Shown here in pieces: positions 27,575-40,858 of a stretch of 64,000 nt of DNA. The DNA is taken from positions 13,703,194-13,767,193 of the forward strand of contig JARFYF010000058.1 of assembly GCA_030265395.1 (NCBI GenBank), given 5' to 3'. A program made the translations under genes and the position numbers. How positions within the stretch are numbered: the first letter of the stretch is position 1; every line of letters begins with the position of its first letter. Source of the DNA: Rhina ancylostomus. Its lineage: Eukaryota. A model generated the notes under the pieces. The model made no database searches and was not told the origin of the DNA. It saw only the letters and a list, made by a program, of their open reading frames with translations.

Positions 27575-27723
27575 CCATTTCTGATGAAAACAGTTCCTCC
27601 AATACTGGTTTAGATACTTTTGATTTCTTTTCTTCAGAACCTTTTTCATCATCATTACATTGATCTGCTTTCTCTTCTTCAGAAGTGGCTTTCTTATTCA
27701 CTGTCCTTTGCTGCAACGTTGAC
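27575..27723 (-). CDS. BRCA1: BRCA1 exon 10 equivalent
   Basis: STLQQRTVNKKATSEEEKADQC...LFSSEM. 149 nt, phase 2 to 1, catag|...G|gtatgt. Links exon 9 to exon 11 in frame. Confidence 0.82.
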
Positions 27724-28415
27724 CTATGGAAGTAACCAGAATTTTAATTGTGGATTTCTGTCAATGGTGAGTTAATTCTTGAACTGATAATCGTTCATTT
27801 GAAAAAAGGTTAGATTTTGAAACACCATACCCATACAAAAAAACTGAAGCAAATAAAACACTAACAGATATGGACTAGAATGACTTTACTGCCGAGGCAA
27901 TAGGTTGGTACAGAAAAATGCTATCCAAGTATACTAGGAGTTATACCTATGCCTTCAGACTCTGATGTTAAACTGCAAAGCTTTTAATTTTTTTAAAATT
28001 CCACTTATCATTTTACTGACCAAAGGAGAACTGGTCATTAGATTATCCCCCATCTGAGACTTTATTTTTGTAAATATCATTTACTTAGAAAGGGTTACAT
28101 TACCAAAACTACAACATTAGGCATGTTTAAACAAACCCAGAAAAACCCATATGGATTGCACTCAGTGCAACCCAACTGCAATCAAATAAATTCTTGCAGA
28201 AAGCATGGAAATATAATCAAATTCAAGCATTCAAATCAGGCAAGCCCCTAAAATCAATAATTCATCCAAGTAAAATCATTTCATTAATTTCTTTCTTACT
28301 GTAATTCTATTTTAAGGCTGATTGCCACTGTCGCACACCCACAATACAACACCATAGACTGTATTTGAGATAAAGTTTATAATATACAACTCCTGATCTA
28401 CACAGACTCACTTAC

Positions 28416-28464
28416 TTTTCTTTAACACGTGCTCTGAACAAAGGCTCATCAGAAGAATCAGAGT
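28416..28464 (-). CDS. BRCA1: BRCA1 exon 9 equivalent
   Basis: (D)SDSSDEPLFRARVKE(K), cf. human GSDSSED. 49 nt, phase 1 to 2, acag|...|gtaagt. Confidence 0.9.
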
Positions 28465-28819
28465 CTGTAATACAAAAGACAAACACTGAATAAATGCAGT
28501 ATGACAAAACATCTGTCATCATTCAAATGATAACTTTCTCCTCCTCTCAGGTTAAATTATAGTCCAGAAGTTTGAGCACATATTTAAACCAACATAAAGG
28601 AGTAAAGTACAACCAGTGTGAGCAACTTCCATGCAAGATGCTAAAGCACTGTCCCATCTGCTGTGCTGGGGAAGCACAGCCACTGGATAGAATCATAGGG
28701 TAATACAGCATGGAAACAGGCTCTACAGTCCACGCATCCATGCTGACCATAGTGCCTACCAAGCTAGTCCCATATCCCCCTTAAACCCCTTCTATCCATG
28801 TACTTTAAATACAGAGATC

Positions 28820-29110
28820 TTATAGCACGAGAGATCCAGGTTCAATCCAAACTTCCAGTGCTTCATGTGTGGAGCTTGCACATTCTCCGTGACTAAATGG
28901 ATTCCTTCTGGGTGTTCCAATTTCCTCCCACATCCCGAAAGACCCGTGGGTCAGTAGGTTAACTGGCCACTCTTAGTTGCCCCTGGTGTGCAAGTGGCAG
29001 AATCTGAGGGGTGGGTGGTTCAGGAATGCAGGGGCTTTGTCAGGAATGTGGAGAGGTATATGCATGACAGGATTGCTCTGTGAACTCACGGGGACACAAA
29101 TGGGCTCAAT
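28820..29110 (+). mobile_element. V-SINE/HE1-like SINE
   Basis: B-box ggttcaatcc, then tgtggagcttgcacattctccgtg...ttcctcccacatcccgaaagac. Confidence 0.65.
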
Positions 29111-29457
29111 GACAAGCAGGAAAGTTCTCCAGTCCAACACTTGTTCTTTAATGAACACCAATTGCACAACTTGCCAGTTCATTCTTTTGCAAACTGATTC
29201 TTTAGTAAAANNNNNNNNNNGTTCACAACCCAAGATATTGAGGGAACCATTGGAGCACTCCATCAGAGCAAGGGCACACAAGCAAGAATAGCTCACTGGC
29301 CAAGTAGTAGCAGTGCCAGCACATTGGAGGCAGTCGAAAATCTATTCTGAAGACATATTTTGCCCCCTGGTTAAATTGAAAGAGATGGGAATTGAGCGAC
29401 ATAGTCAAATAAACAATGCTAAACAAAAAAATCATGCTGAACACTTGAAATTCTTAC

Positions 29458-29557
29458 CAATCTCAACATAAGCAGGAGCAACATCTATTTTCTGTCTTTT
29501 ATTTCTTGTTGAAGCTTTTCTTACAAATTCAGTTAAAGGAGGGTCGGTGCAAACATT
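29458..29557 (-). CDS. BRCA1: BRCA1 exon 8 equivalent
   Basis: NVCTDPPLTEFVRKASTRNKRQKIDVAPAYVEI, cf. human ...SVYIEL. 100 nt, phase 0 to 1, canonical sites. Confidence 0.88.
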
Positions 29558-30609
29558 CTGTATAGAGAGCAGTTATTTCAGTATTTCTTTATGCAACGTA
29601 GTTAGAAATTGTGAAGATGTCTGAGATATAGCTATTTCTTGCTAAACAATAATTATGACGCTGAACTTGCAGTGATTACATCACAATGATCAGTATTCCT
29701 GGTAAATATCACACCCAAGTCCACTGGCTGGCATCTGATGCTGTACTTATAGTCACAAATCAAGATAAAATCATCTCTAAATTCCAAAGCCAGAAGCATG
29801 TGAATTACATGGTAGACATTGCAAAGCTGTTTCAATTCAGTCTTCAAAGGACTTCTTTAAGAAACATGAATCCTGCAATATAATTGCTGAAATGCAGTTG
29901 AGATGGGTTTGTGACTTAACAGCATTTTAAAATACAATTTTAATTTTTTGAAGAATAAGTTAGAGATGTAGGTTTAAATTAGCAAGTGCCAAAAAAAGTG
30001 TTAAGAATTTCACCACTTTAATAGTCAAAACAAAGTTCTGGACAAAACAGCCACTCTACCAGATTCAAAGGATACTTGCAAAATAGGACTTCAGGTGAAT
30101 TCAAAAAAACCCATAATAAGGTGGCCCAGAAATTACAGGGAAAATAGTGGCAAGTTTGTGGCACCTGCCATTAGCAAAAAACAGAAAAAGGTCAGCCTTT
30201 GAGATGTGCCAGGAGTTGCAAATCATCACCAACTGCTGGATGGCAGAGAGAACCACCCTATTGGAAGCAGCATCACAGAGAATTTCCACTGTGTTGGGGC
30301 TTCAATCTTCATNNNNNNNNNNNNNNNNNNNNNNNNNNNNNNNNNNNNNNNNNNNNNNNNNNNNNNNNNNNNNNNNNNNNNNNNNNNNNNNNNNNNNNNN
30401 NNNNNNNNNNNNATATAATAAATCTTTTTCTTTCCTTTCTTTTATACTCTATTCATTAACTAAGAGATCGTTGGACCTACAAATTTTTTTTATATTTTAT
30501 TGTATGATTATCTAAGACATGAGTGATATCCAGGTCTCTTTGTGATGTATGTATGAACATTGATGCTATATACTAATCTGTATTGATTTGAAAACTTGTA
30601 AAAAAAAGA

Positions 30610-30830
30610 TTGAAAAAAGGTGTTACAGTTACAGAGAAAATGCAGGCAGGCAATAAGGTACAAGGCCATTATGAGGTATGTTGTAAGGTCAAGAGTCCAT
30701 CTTATCATACAAGAGGTCCATTCAATAGTATTATAACAGCATGATAGAAGTTGTTCTTGAGCCATGTGGTATGTGCTTTCAGGCTTTTGTATCTTCTGCC
30801 CAATGGGAGAGGGGAGAAGAGAGAATGTCC
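30610..30830 (-). mobile_element. Rex1/Babar-like LINE 3' fragment
   Basis: Reverse complement resembles 41877-42203; encodes a TTWLKNNFYHAVIILLN-like terminal motif. Confidence 0.55.
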
Positions 30831-31399
30831 ACTCAGATTTTTCTACACCTGGACAGATGAATGCTGAGGGATAAAGCTGCCAAACTGGATGCATGGCAGA
30901 TTATGAGAAGTCCAATATAAGGAATAAGATTTTCTTGTTTTCATCCTCATCAGTCAGCATGCTGCAGTTGTGTCTGTTCATGACAGAATTGGTAGGGGTA
31001 CATAGAACATTACAGCACAGTACAGGCCCTTTAGCTCACGATATTTTATCCTGCTCTGAGTAGTGGAGACAAATTTGTCTCTTTACCTGGAGGATACCTT
31101 TGATTGTTTCCTGCCTCTACCACTGTGCAGAGTGGGATGGATTCAGAAAAGAGTGAGCAATTCAAAACTGATCATTCAAGAATTACTAAAAAGCATCAGT
31201 AGCAACCAAATTTCTACAATCATAATCTGTATGTTCATTACCTCAAATCCTCATTTTGATCAATTATGAAAGACCAAACAAGAGCATCAGGCATGCCCAG
31301 AAATAAACACCAACACAAAAGGCTACGTTGAACTGCATGTTACTGCATGCAATAGATAGAGGAAAGCAACATGGTATTAAACAGATCAAGTCAAAGCAT

Positions 31400-32000
31400 T
31401 GTTTCTGCCCTAGTCCCCACTACCTTTGGCTCCTTCATCTATGACCTGCTCTCCAATAGGTCATAAGGGTGCACGTTTGCTGCTGATAACATCAATTCCA
31501 TTCCTAAGTCCTCGAAAACATGGCAAAGTGCCAGAATTCAGCAATATCTGAACATTCAGGAATAGGCTGAAAATGGCAATTAACATTTACCTGATATTTA
31601 TCATCTCACCTTAATTTCAATGGAATCACCATTGCTCAGCGCTCATCATCAATATCATGTGGCCATAGGTTAGGTATCCTGCAGAGTGACTTGCCTCCTA
31701 ATTACGCAGCCCGTTTGACAAACATCCTATCCATTCACTCCCTCCATTATTAGTGCACAGTAGCTGCAGGGTGTACCATCTGCACCAACTCAAGTCTTTT
31801 TCAAAAGTACATCCCAAAACTGCAACCTCAACCAGCTGGTGTGGAGAACAGGAGGCACAGGCAAATGCCACCTCCTACAAATCATACAGTATCAGCATGT
31901 GGAAATGTATTGGCATTAATTCTTCACTGGGTTTAAATAATAATACTTTCACCATACTAACTGCAGCAACAAGAGATGGGCAATGAATGCCTGCTGTGAA
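31400..32000 (+). mobile_element. Degraded L2/CR1-class LINE fragment
   Basis: Similar to 38700-39480 and 48450-49420. Confidence 0.5.
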
Positions 32001-32470
32001 CCTCTAAAAACCATTAAGGGAAAAGAACCACCCCCATCAAGATCAAAAACTGCTGTATTTGCATTGCATGGGAATTTAAGGCTGCTATTTCATATTGATA
32101 GAATTTATGGATCATACAGCTTCCACAGGGACTTCTAAATCTCTAATATCTCAATTTATGCTGATAATAATTTGATCCAGAGGCAAGTAGAGGCTCTTTC
32201 TTCCACTCAAATCTACTCTTTCCTTCTGTTAAGGAAGTTTCTTTCTTTGGCTTTAACATTTTAATGTCCAGAGAGACAGACCATTGTTGTTTATTCTTGC
32301 ATTTCACACTTTTGTCAATTCACATTCCCAGCAACGTGCAGCTGAAAAATATTGCCTGAAGGGAGAAGATTTAAAATAAATTCAATTCGTAACANNNNNN
32401 NNNNNNNNNNNNNNTCCAATAATTTCTGGGCCAATAACACTATAGATATAAAAACAGATTATTGAATTAC

Positions 32471-32610
32471 CAAACTGCGACATTTAGAGACTCCAGCAGC
32501 TACAATTTTCTGTGGGGTATTATTGCTCTGGGCACTGTCGTCATCTTTCCATAACTGTCTGTAAGAGTTGATCTCAGCTGGGATTGTTTTCTGTGCGTCA
32601 CCAATGGAGA
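32471..32610 (-). CDS. BRCA1: BRCA1 exon 7 equivalent
   Basis: 140 nt, phase 1 to 0, open (F)SIGDAQKTIPAEINSYRQLWKDDDSAQ...KCRSL, ctag|...TTG|gtaatt. Same size and phase as human exon 7. Confidence 0.88.
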
Positions 32611-32724
32611 CTAGTTAAAACATGCACAAAAAAACTTCAATTACAACTGCATGTACATAGCCACATTTATTCACCAAATTTAAAACAGCTCACTACTGAA
32701 AACTTTCTCCATAAGCATAAAGAA

Positions 32725-33140
32725 TGGCAGTCTTGATTCAGTTGGAAGTATTTTCTCCCAGAGTTAAAAGGTTATAGATTTGAGTCCCTCCCCAGAGTCT
32801 GTCCACAAAATGGACACTGTTGTGCCATGCAGTAGCAAGGGATTCTACATTATTGAAGATGTTATCTTTGGAATAAAGCAATAAACTATTCCCTTAGATG
32901 GATGCACAGATCCCACAGCACCATTTCTAGCGAGATGCAAAGAGGAGTTCAGAGATATCTCAGCCATTATTCATTACTTAAATTCATTAAAAACACATTT
33001 TCCAGTACCGGTCACATTGCTATTTGTGTGAACAAAAATTAGTGCTACATTTCCTATGTCACTACACCTCAAAATAATTAATTTGGCCATGAAACACTCT
33101 GGATAACCCAAGGCAATGGATTATTAAAATGTATTTTCTT
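32725..33140 (+). mobile_element. DeuSINE-like element
   Basis: tRNA-like head plus gatggatgcacagatcccacagcaccattt...tcacattgctatttgtg, resembling the Deu domain. Confidence 0.5.
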
Positions 33141-33935
33141 TCTTGTCCACTAATTTTTTCCAAAGTGCTCAAAGAAATACTTTAATTCATATTCAACAGA
33201 TACTGCAGAATTTATGGCATTCAATACAGGCAAGTTCGCTGCATTTCAAATATAAAGCAGATAACATTCAATCAGTAATTAAAATATTACGGTCTAAGAA
33301 TTTAATTTTTCAATTTGAGGCATCCAACTGAAATATAACCTATCAATGAATTAGGCATACCAGGCCTCAATGTCACAAACTGAATAATTTTGAAACTCCC
33401 TGGTTGAATTTAGTGTTATTCAGCCAAGGCAATAAAGAAATGCCATTATCCTAATTTTCTCAAAATATAGCAAATGACAGGGTCAATAATGAATGACTAG
33501 AAGAAAAATCCAAAACTTAAAAACAATGAGAATTCCATAGTACACTCAATTCCAGCAATGTACTGCCATAATTTCAATTCAGAGCACCAAATTGGTTGTC
33601 AAATATTCAATAGAGATGGAGTAAGATGGTAATGTCAATACTATGACAGTTGGCAGTTTTCATTAAACACCTTTCATTCCTTCTTTGAGGGCATTAACCC
33701 ATTAATTAGAACACGTTAGGTACATCCAAGATAATGCAGCACACTGTTTTCATCTTTGTATTTTTGCTTCTTTGAGAAAAACCATTTGAATTTTTAAGCA
33801 TTGTTCTAATTTATGTACGTCTTCCTGCCTACTTGTCAATAATTCATGGTTAACATAGTGCTAAACACACACAATCGCCAAAATAAATTATGCAGTACAC
33901 AATTACCATGATGAGTAATACAATTAGATACTTGC

Positions 33936-34024
33936 ATTCATAACCTGTGTCCAATTCAAATGCACGAATTGTTTTCACAATTCCCTCTGCAAGTTGTTTA
34001 AATTGGGTGCTTTCCTGGAGACTC
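33936..34024 (-). CDS. BRCA1: BRCA1 exon 6 equivalent (BARD1-binding helix), GC donor
   Basis: (R)SLQESTQFKQLAEGIVKTIRAFELDTGYE. 89 nt if the donor is T|gcaagt; an alternative GT donor lies 9 nt upstream. Confidence 0.92.
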
Positions 34025-34694
34025 CTGAAAAGGATTGTGACACTTTATAAATACTTTTAGTTGTATCATGAGCTACATCTAGCATAATGAAAGTGACTTT
34101 AACCTAGATATTAAGTATAAATAATAATTACACAATCTTTACATTAACCACAGTGAAAACCTACAGCAAGAGAAATAAAAAGCAAACATTTAAGAACACA
34201 ATTGCCACCAGTTTACACTATCTTTATTAAAAACTATTGGTCAACCAACATGCAAACATTGGACAGCTAGAGTTTGTTTCAACCCCATTTCTCAAGTGAA
34301 TGGGAAATGAGTGCTATAAATTCAGTGGTAGCCTCCCATTAAAATTACTGGCACTATACACACAAACACAACAGAAACACAATGCTATAGTACATACAGA
34401 CTTCATTTTGAGTCAAATTGACTCAATGAGCTTTCACTAATTGTAGAGTCTTTTTCATGATGAAATTAAAGTCTCTTGAATGACCAATGTAGTTTCATTT
34501 CTCTATTTGTTGCATTCCTCAAAATTGCCCACTCTGAAGTGGAGGATACAGAATGAGCCTTAGTAATTATGAATAACATACAATCAAAGGATACCAAATT
34601 GGACTGAAATTTAAATAAAGCAATCCATCATATTCAATGCATAGTCTATTCAACATATTCAATAAAAAATATTCAATGAATAATCTAAAATCAA

Positions 34695-34900
34695 AAGAAA
34701 AGTTCAGATGCTAGGAAACTGAACTAAAAATAGAAAGTGCTGGAAAAACTCAGCAGGTTAGGCTACATCTGTGCTGTACATCATGTGTGACAGTCAATGT
34801 ATCAGTTCTGATGAGGGGTCCCAGACCTGAAAAACTCAATAAGTACAGGTAGTAGAGAAGGTGGGGGGAGGGGAGGCAATGGCAGAACAAAGGAAATATC
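34695..34900. mobile_element. Penelope-like inverted terminus containing a hammerhead core
   Basis: Reverse terminus (aaagtgctggaaaaactcagcaggttaggctacatctgtg) adjacent to forward cagttCTGATGAggggtcccagacctGAAA. Confidence 0.6.
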
Positions 34901-35298
34901 TCCATTTGGGTGGTTTCTCCATATGGCCATTAAGAGGCAGTTAAACTTCTTTTACTGTGAAAACACTGCCCATATTTAACATTTGCAATGTTTAGAGTGG
35001 CCTACTGAGATATGCAAACTATACAAATAAAAAGGGAAAAAATGCTTGGCAAGCAAAAATGACCAGTACTGATATAAACAGAAAGAACAAGTTACCCAAA
35101 ATTGGGAAATTACACATTGAGTCCTGCAGGATGACCAGATGAAAGATGAGGTATTTTTCCTTGAGCTTGTATTTGGCTTTATTGTAACTGTGCAGGAGGC
35201 CACTGACCTTTCAAAGAATGCTGTTTTTCTTGGGCTTAGGCTTTTCAATCTAAAAGAAAATCTTGATACCTTTTTTTAAAACCTTAGCACTGACCTAC

Positions 35299-35376
35299 CT
35301 CTTGGTAAGCTTGTTCTTGCACAATGGGCACTGTATATTGCTTTTCTTCTTGTCAAAAAGCTTCAATATACAAAAC
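35299..35376 (-). CDS. BRCA1: BRCA1 exon 5 equivalent (RING)
   Basis: (R)FCILKLFDKKKSNIQCPLCKNKLTK(R). 78 nt, taag|...AG|gtaggt. Confidence 0.97.
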
Positions 35377-36799
35377 CTTATTAAGAGAAATTAAAAAGAG
35401 TCATCCAGGGAAAACAAAACACACGTGTACAGATTAAGTGTTTTAATAACTGCATGAGATCATGACTCCATTAGTTTCCTGCCAATGATAAATCTACAAA
35501 AGGAAGTAGTCACATTCTCTCTTTTTAAAAAAATTTCTAATTCTTAATGCAAGTTTTCAACACTGGCCAAAAGTGGACAAAGTCTGAAATTCTGGTCTTT
35601 CCTCATGATGTACCACAGGGTTATTTCTGGAGTAAAGTTCTAAAATTCAACTACAACTCTGCCCTAGCCATTTAAAATTAAGGTCATTAATTGGAAAAAT
35701 TGTTAATAGCAACTACATGCGAATTCATGAGATCAGTAGGTTAAGGTGGTAAAATTAAAGATAATACATTCCAAGTTAGGATCTTGTGCAATTTAGAGAG
35801 TAATTTGGAACTAGATCCTAGCGTTCCCAGCTTCTCTTGCCCTTCTTGGTGGGAGAGGCCATCAGAGCAGTCTTGATAAGTAATATCAGTGCATTTTGTA
35901 GGTGCATTTAGAGGCCTGCACTAACAAGTCAGAGCTTAAAACAAAAATCACACAATAGTAAAGGTAGAATTTAAATTCAGGTCATAATCTGGAATTCAGA
36001 GAAAACAAAACTTGCAAAGTTCTCCTCACAAACATCCAGGAACTGGTTTTAAATTGAGAGAGTTTGCCCCACAGACCAGTCAAGCAATAGTCTTGTAAAT
36101 CATATTCACAGAATCATGATCTACAATGTGCCAGGCTCCTCCATCACAATTAGTGGGTTTCACTAGAAGATCTGACCCATTAGGTGAGATGGTACAGTGG
36201 TATACTGACAGGAAGGAGTTCTGGGAGGACTTTAACTTTAATCCAAGACCACATGAAGCCTCATTGTATCATGTCCCCTGGATTACACTGACCATCCTCT
36301 CTCAGCTGATCAGGCAGTGCTACTCCAGGTTGAACAGCAATTTGAGGTCGTTGATGTTATTCCTTTTCAGAAGTGATTCCATCCCCATCAGCAAGTGCCT
36401 TGGTCTCCCTAGAACTAACAATCATTCAAGTCCTTAAGAACGTCACTGTCGGACTGGATCTGAACCAACATGAGAGATAAACCTACTTGACTTCACAGTC
36501 AATCTACCTGCAGCAGATGCATCTATCTGTGATGGCAATGGTAGAAGTAACCAACACAGCCCTTACGGAGACAAAGTCAAGCCTTCACATGAATGACATA
36601 CTCCATCAAGAGTTTCTTGATAATGAATAGACCAAGAACAAATCTGTCAGCTAAAAACTCAGCATCCATGAGGTATCAGTGGAACTTCAGCTGTGGAAAT
36701 TTATACTGTTATCTGTTACTTAATGGCCCGGCATCTCTCACTCTACCAAGGAGCAGAAAATATTTGTGGGGTTCATCTGCAAGCTCCCAGACAGCAGTG

Positions 36800-38120
36800 A
36801 TGAGGTAAGGAATGGAATTAAATCATAAATTGGGGCAAATGCAAGAAAGGTACAACTGTAATCATGGACATCTTTAATCTACACAGATTGGTCAAACAAA
36901 ATTAGCAATAATAGTGGAGGAATTCCTGGACTAAATATATGATTTTGTTTTAAACCAATACATTACAGAACCGAACTAGAGTGCAGACAATCCTAGATTA
37001 GTTATTGTGGAATAGGAAATGAATAATTAACAATTTTCGTGTCAGTGGTCCTTTTGGGAAGAGCGACTGTATTATGATAGAATTCTTTATTAAGATGGAG
37101 AGTGTAGTAGTATATTCAGAAACTAGGGTCCTGAAACAGACCTGAAAGGAAATAGCAAGGGTATGAGGTGTGAAGTAGCTATTATAGATTGGGGAACATT
37201 ACTAAATGGGTTGAGAGGGGATAGAGCAATGACGAATATTTAAAAAGTGTATACACGAGTTACAACAATTATTCATTTCTGTCTGGCACAATAATAAGTA
37301 AAGAAAGAAAGTTCAACTATGGCTTAAAGAGGAAATAGGGAATATTAGATCCAACGAGGAGGCACTTAAAATTGCCAGAAAAAGCAGTAGGCCTGAGGAT
37401 TGGGAGCACATTACAATTCAAATGAAGATAAAAAGATTAAACAGGGGAAGACAGAAGGGAGTAAGCTTGCAGAGAATATAAAAAGCTTCTATAAATATGT
37501 AAAGAAAANNNNNNNNNAAAAAAGATCAGTGAAGATAAATACAGGTCCCCTCCAGTCAGAAACTGAGGAAATTATAATTGGGAACAATTAAACATATACT
37601 TTGGTTGCATCTTCACAAATTGGACAAAGGCATTCCCAGATGAGTAAAGAAACCAAGGAGGGAAGAGAAGTAAAAATGGATAGAAATCAGTATTGGTAAA
37701 GAAAAAAATTGGGTCATTTATACACATTCACTGGAATATGGAAGAAAGACAAAGAATTTCATAGAAACCTATATTTTCTTACAAGACTAATCAGACCAGA
37801 TATAGGGAGAATGTTCCTGATGGATGGAGAATTCAGAATCAAGTCACAGCCTCAGGACACAGAACATGCCAGTTAGATCAAAGCTGAAAAATTTCTTCAC
37901 TCAGGGAGCAGTGAACCTGTGGAATTCTCTACCATATAAGAAAGAAGAGGCAAAGTTATTATATTGATTTAAGCCAGAGAATGATGTATTTCCTAACACC
38001 AAAGGGATTATGGAATGTGGGGAGGAGGCAAGAATGGGGCACTGAAGTGGATAATCAACCACAATTGCAGTGCAGGCTCAAAGGGCTGAACTGCCTACCC
38101 ATGCTCCAGTTTTCCATGTT
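36800..38120 (+). mobile_element. Internally deleted CR1 LINE
   Basis: Endonuclease-linker remnant (KLAENIKSFYKYVK...GPLQSETEEIIIGN) plus a 3' end. Confidence 0.75.
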
Positions 38121-38124
38121 TACT

Positions 38125-39495
38125 ATCAAGTCAGTGATCAAACCTGGTTCAATGAAGAGTGCAGAAGGCCACACTGGGAGCAGAAGGTGGCGCATCTCAA
38201 AATGAGGTGCCATCAAAGTCTTCAGCCAAATCAATTTCACTTTGCACGATAGCTAGAAATGTTTGAGAGCACCGGATACAGCAAAGTCTATAGGACTAGA
38301 CTACATTTCAGGCTATAGAAATGAAGACCTGTGCTACAAAACCAAATTTACCTCTATTCACGAGTCCACTACAGTTAGAACACTGGAGTCACCCAGCTAC
38401 GTCCTCGTTACAAAGAGCAGGACAAATCCAATCCCGCTAACTATTGAGCTACATGTAATTGAAATTGTTACAGACAGTGCTAACAAGCAGCACTTACTCA
38501 CCAGTAACCTGCTCACTGTTTTGGGTTTCATAAAGACCACTCAACTCTAAACCCCATCACAGCCTTGGTCCAAAGATAGAATTCTGGAGGAGGGTTCAGA
38601 GTGATAGCAAGGAAGCAGTTGACTTACTGACTATATATTAAGGAGCCTAAGTTAAAATGAAAGCAATGAATTGAGGGTAAAACACTTCAATGTTTTTAAA
38701 CCTCGCAGAANNNNNNNNNNAAGGAATGCAGTTATAGTTGTGGTTGCTGGACATCAATCATTCTAGCCCAGGACAATGCTGCAAGAGTTCCTCGGGGCAG
38801 TGTCTTAGGCTCAACCATTTTCAGCTGTTTCCTTAATGATCTTCCTTCTATCAAGGGATCAGAAGTAGAGATGCTCGCCGACAAATGGAATGTTCAATTT
38901 CATTTGCAACTCTTCAGCAAATGAAGCAGCCCATGCCTGCATGAAGCTAGGCCTAGGCAATAACCAGGCATAAGTAACATTTGCACCAAAAAAGCACCAG
39001 GCAATGACCAACTTCAAGAGGAATCCACCTGATACACAGGAGTGGATCAAATTCAACAGGAGTGTAACCAATTATGCTTGACATTCAATGGTATTTCCAT
39101 GGATGTGCTCATTGTCAAATTCTTGCAGGGTGAGGGGAAGTGGGTAATCTCTGTTGACCAGAAAAAGTCTGGATTAGTACTATGGTTACAAGATTTTGAC
39201 CAGTTCTGTGATGAGTGCTCTAATGAATGCAGCACAAAACTCAAAGAGTTAGACAACACCCAAGCCAAAGCAGCTCAATTGACTGGTCCTATCCACTACC
39301 CTAAACATTCATCTCTCCCCATGGACACACTGCAGTTACATTCCCAGGCTACTCTGACAGTACCTCCAAACCTACAGCCTCTATCACTGTGAAGGATAAG
39401 GGCTTGTCACATAAGAAAAATCGCACACCATCCCATCTTCGAAATATATCTCTGTTCTTTCATCATCGCTGAGTATAAATTCTGGAACTTCCTCC
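38125..39495 (+). mobile_element. Degraded L2/CR1-class LINE
   Basis: RT remnant agagttcctcggggcagtgtcttaggctcaaccattttcagctgtttccttaatga (GVPQGSVLGP-like). Confidence 0.7.
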
Positions 39496-39538
39496 ACATA
39501 ATACTATTTCAGAAAATAGAAAGCACTATTTTACTTAC

Positions 39539-39592
39539 CTACAGAACTGATGGTCACATTTTGTTGATACTGGTTCTTTCATCAATTCTAAG
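39539..39592 (-). CDS. BRCA1: BRCA1 exon 3 equivalent (RING)
   Basis: (C)LELMKEPVSTKCDHQFC(R). 54 nt, tttag|...AG|gtaagt. Confidence 0.97.
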
Positions 39593-39789
39593 CTAAAATA
39601 AAAACGGGAGCATTAATTTCAGACACAAGTACCAAACATAAAACACAGTGAAAAACCGCGAATGACAGACAAGAGTTTTTAATTTCTCTATTTAAGCAAG
39701 CATATTAGAATGACACAAAAATCAGTGAAACACTGGAATCCACATGGATAGGTAGAAGTGCATACGATATAAAAAGAAACTAGTTTCTT

Positions 39790-40250
39790 ATAAGAAATAA
39801 CAGAAGTAGGCTATTTAGTTTTCCCAGCTTGCTCTGCCATTCAACTTCCTCATGGATAATCCACCTCAAAACCACTTCTTGCCCAACACCTCTATCACTC
39901 AATTTCTCCACCATCCAGAAATCCATCAATCTCACTTTTGAATTAAATCAATGATCAAGTCTCCACAGCACTCCAGGGCTGATAGTTCTTAAGATTCAAC
40001 ATCTGCCCAGCGAAAAAAATTTCACCTCATCTCAATCCTAAATGACCTAACATATTTTAGGACTGTAACTCCTCGTTCCCAGCAACTGACCCCAGAGAGA
40101 TATTCTTCCCGTATCCAGTCAGTCATGTTCTCTAAGAATTTTGTACACTTCAATGAAGTTCCTCTCATTCTTCTAAATAGTCTTAGCCTACTCAATCCTT
40201 CCTCATATAACAGACCAGTCATCCCAGAAATTAGTCTGGTGATTGTTTGC
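39790..40250 (-). mobile_element. CR1 LINE 3' fragment
   Basis: ORF MTGLLYEEGLSRLRLFRRMRG matches the CR1 ORF2 C-terminus. Confidence 0.7.
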
Positions 40251-40858
40251 TATACTCCTATTTTCTGCACATGTATCTGGACTGCATGAGGAAGATTTAC
40301 TTTGTTGACCTGAAGCATCCTGGACTTGAATGGGGCCTGAACAACAGTAAGGCATTCAAGCACACCAAAACCACATCCCAAGACCACCTTAAAAGCTTGG
40401 TCAAAAATAGAAACCCACCCACCAGTTTTCATAACATTGAAAATTTTAATGTACAAAAGCATTTAACTATTTAGTTTTTGTTTAAAACGTTTATTAAAAT
40501 AATTAAAAATCATTAAACCAAAATAATTTTTAAAAATTGTCTTCTATCTTTTGAATCCAATCTCCAAAATGCTCTTTGAAATCAAGGGTGCCACACATCA
40601 TGGCACAGGATTCAACAGCATCTGAAGTATAAAAGTGTCAAGTCTTAGTAAGGTGCACTCTGGCAAGATTCACATCAAAAGGATTTTAAAAATTACTTTG
40701 AGAGAAAGTGTAATCTATAAGCCTATTCGGATGCTACACCAACATTTAGTCCAAAATGACCAACTGGAAATACCTTTCTCATAAGTGAATTCAAAATGGT
40801 CAGAAGTTCACATCATTCAAATTCTGCCAATGCAGTAATGTACAAAATTGTGACTCAC

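Noticed and set aside
32170-32356. Strong acceptor-like site suggesting an extra BRCA1 exon
   Set aside because: Stops in all three frames, and exons 7 and 8 already join in frame.
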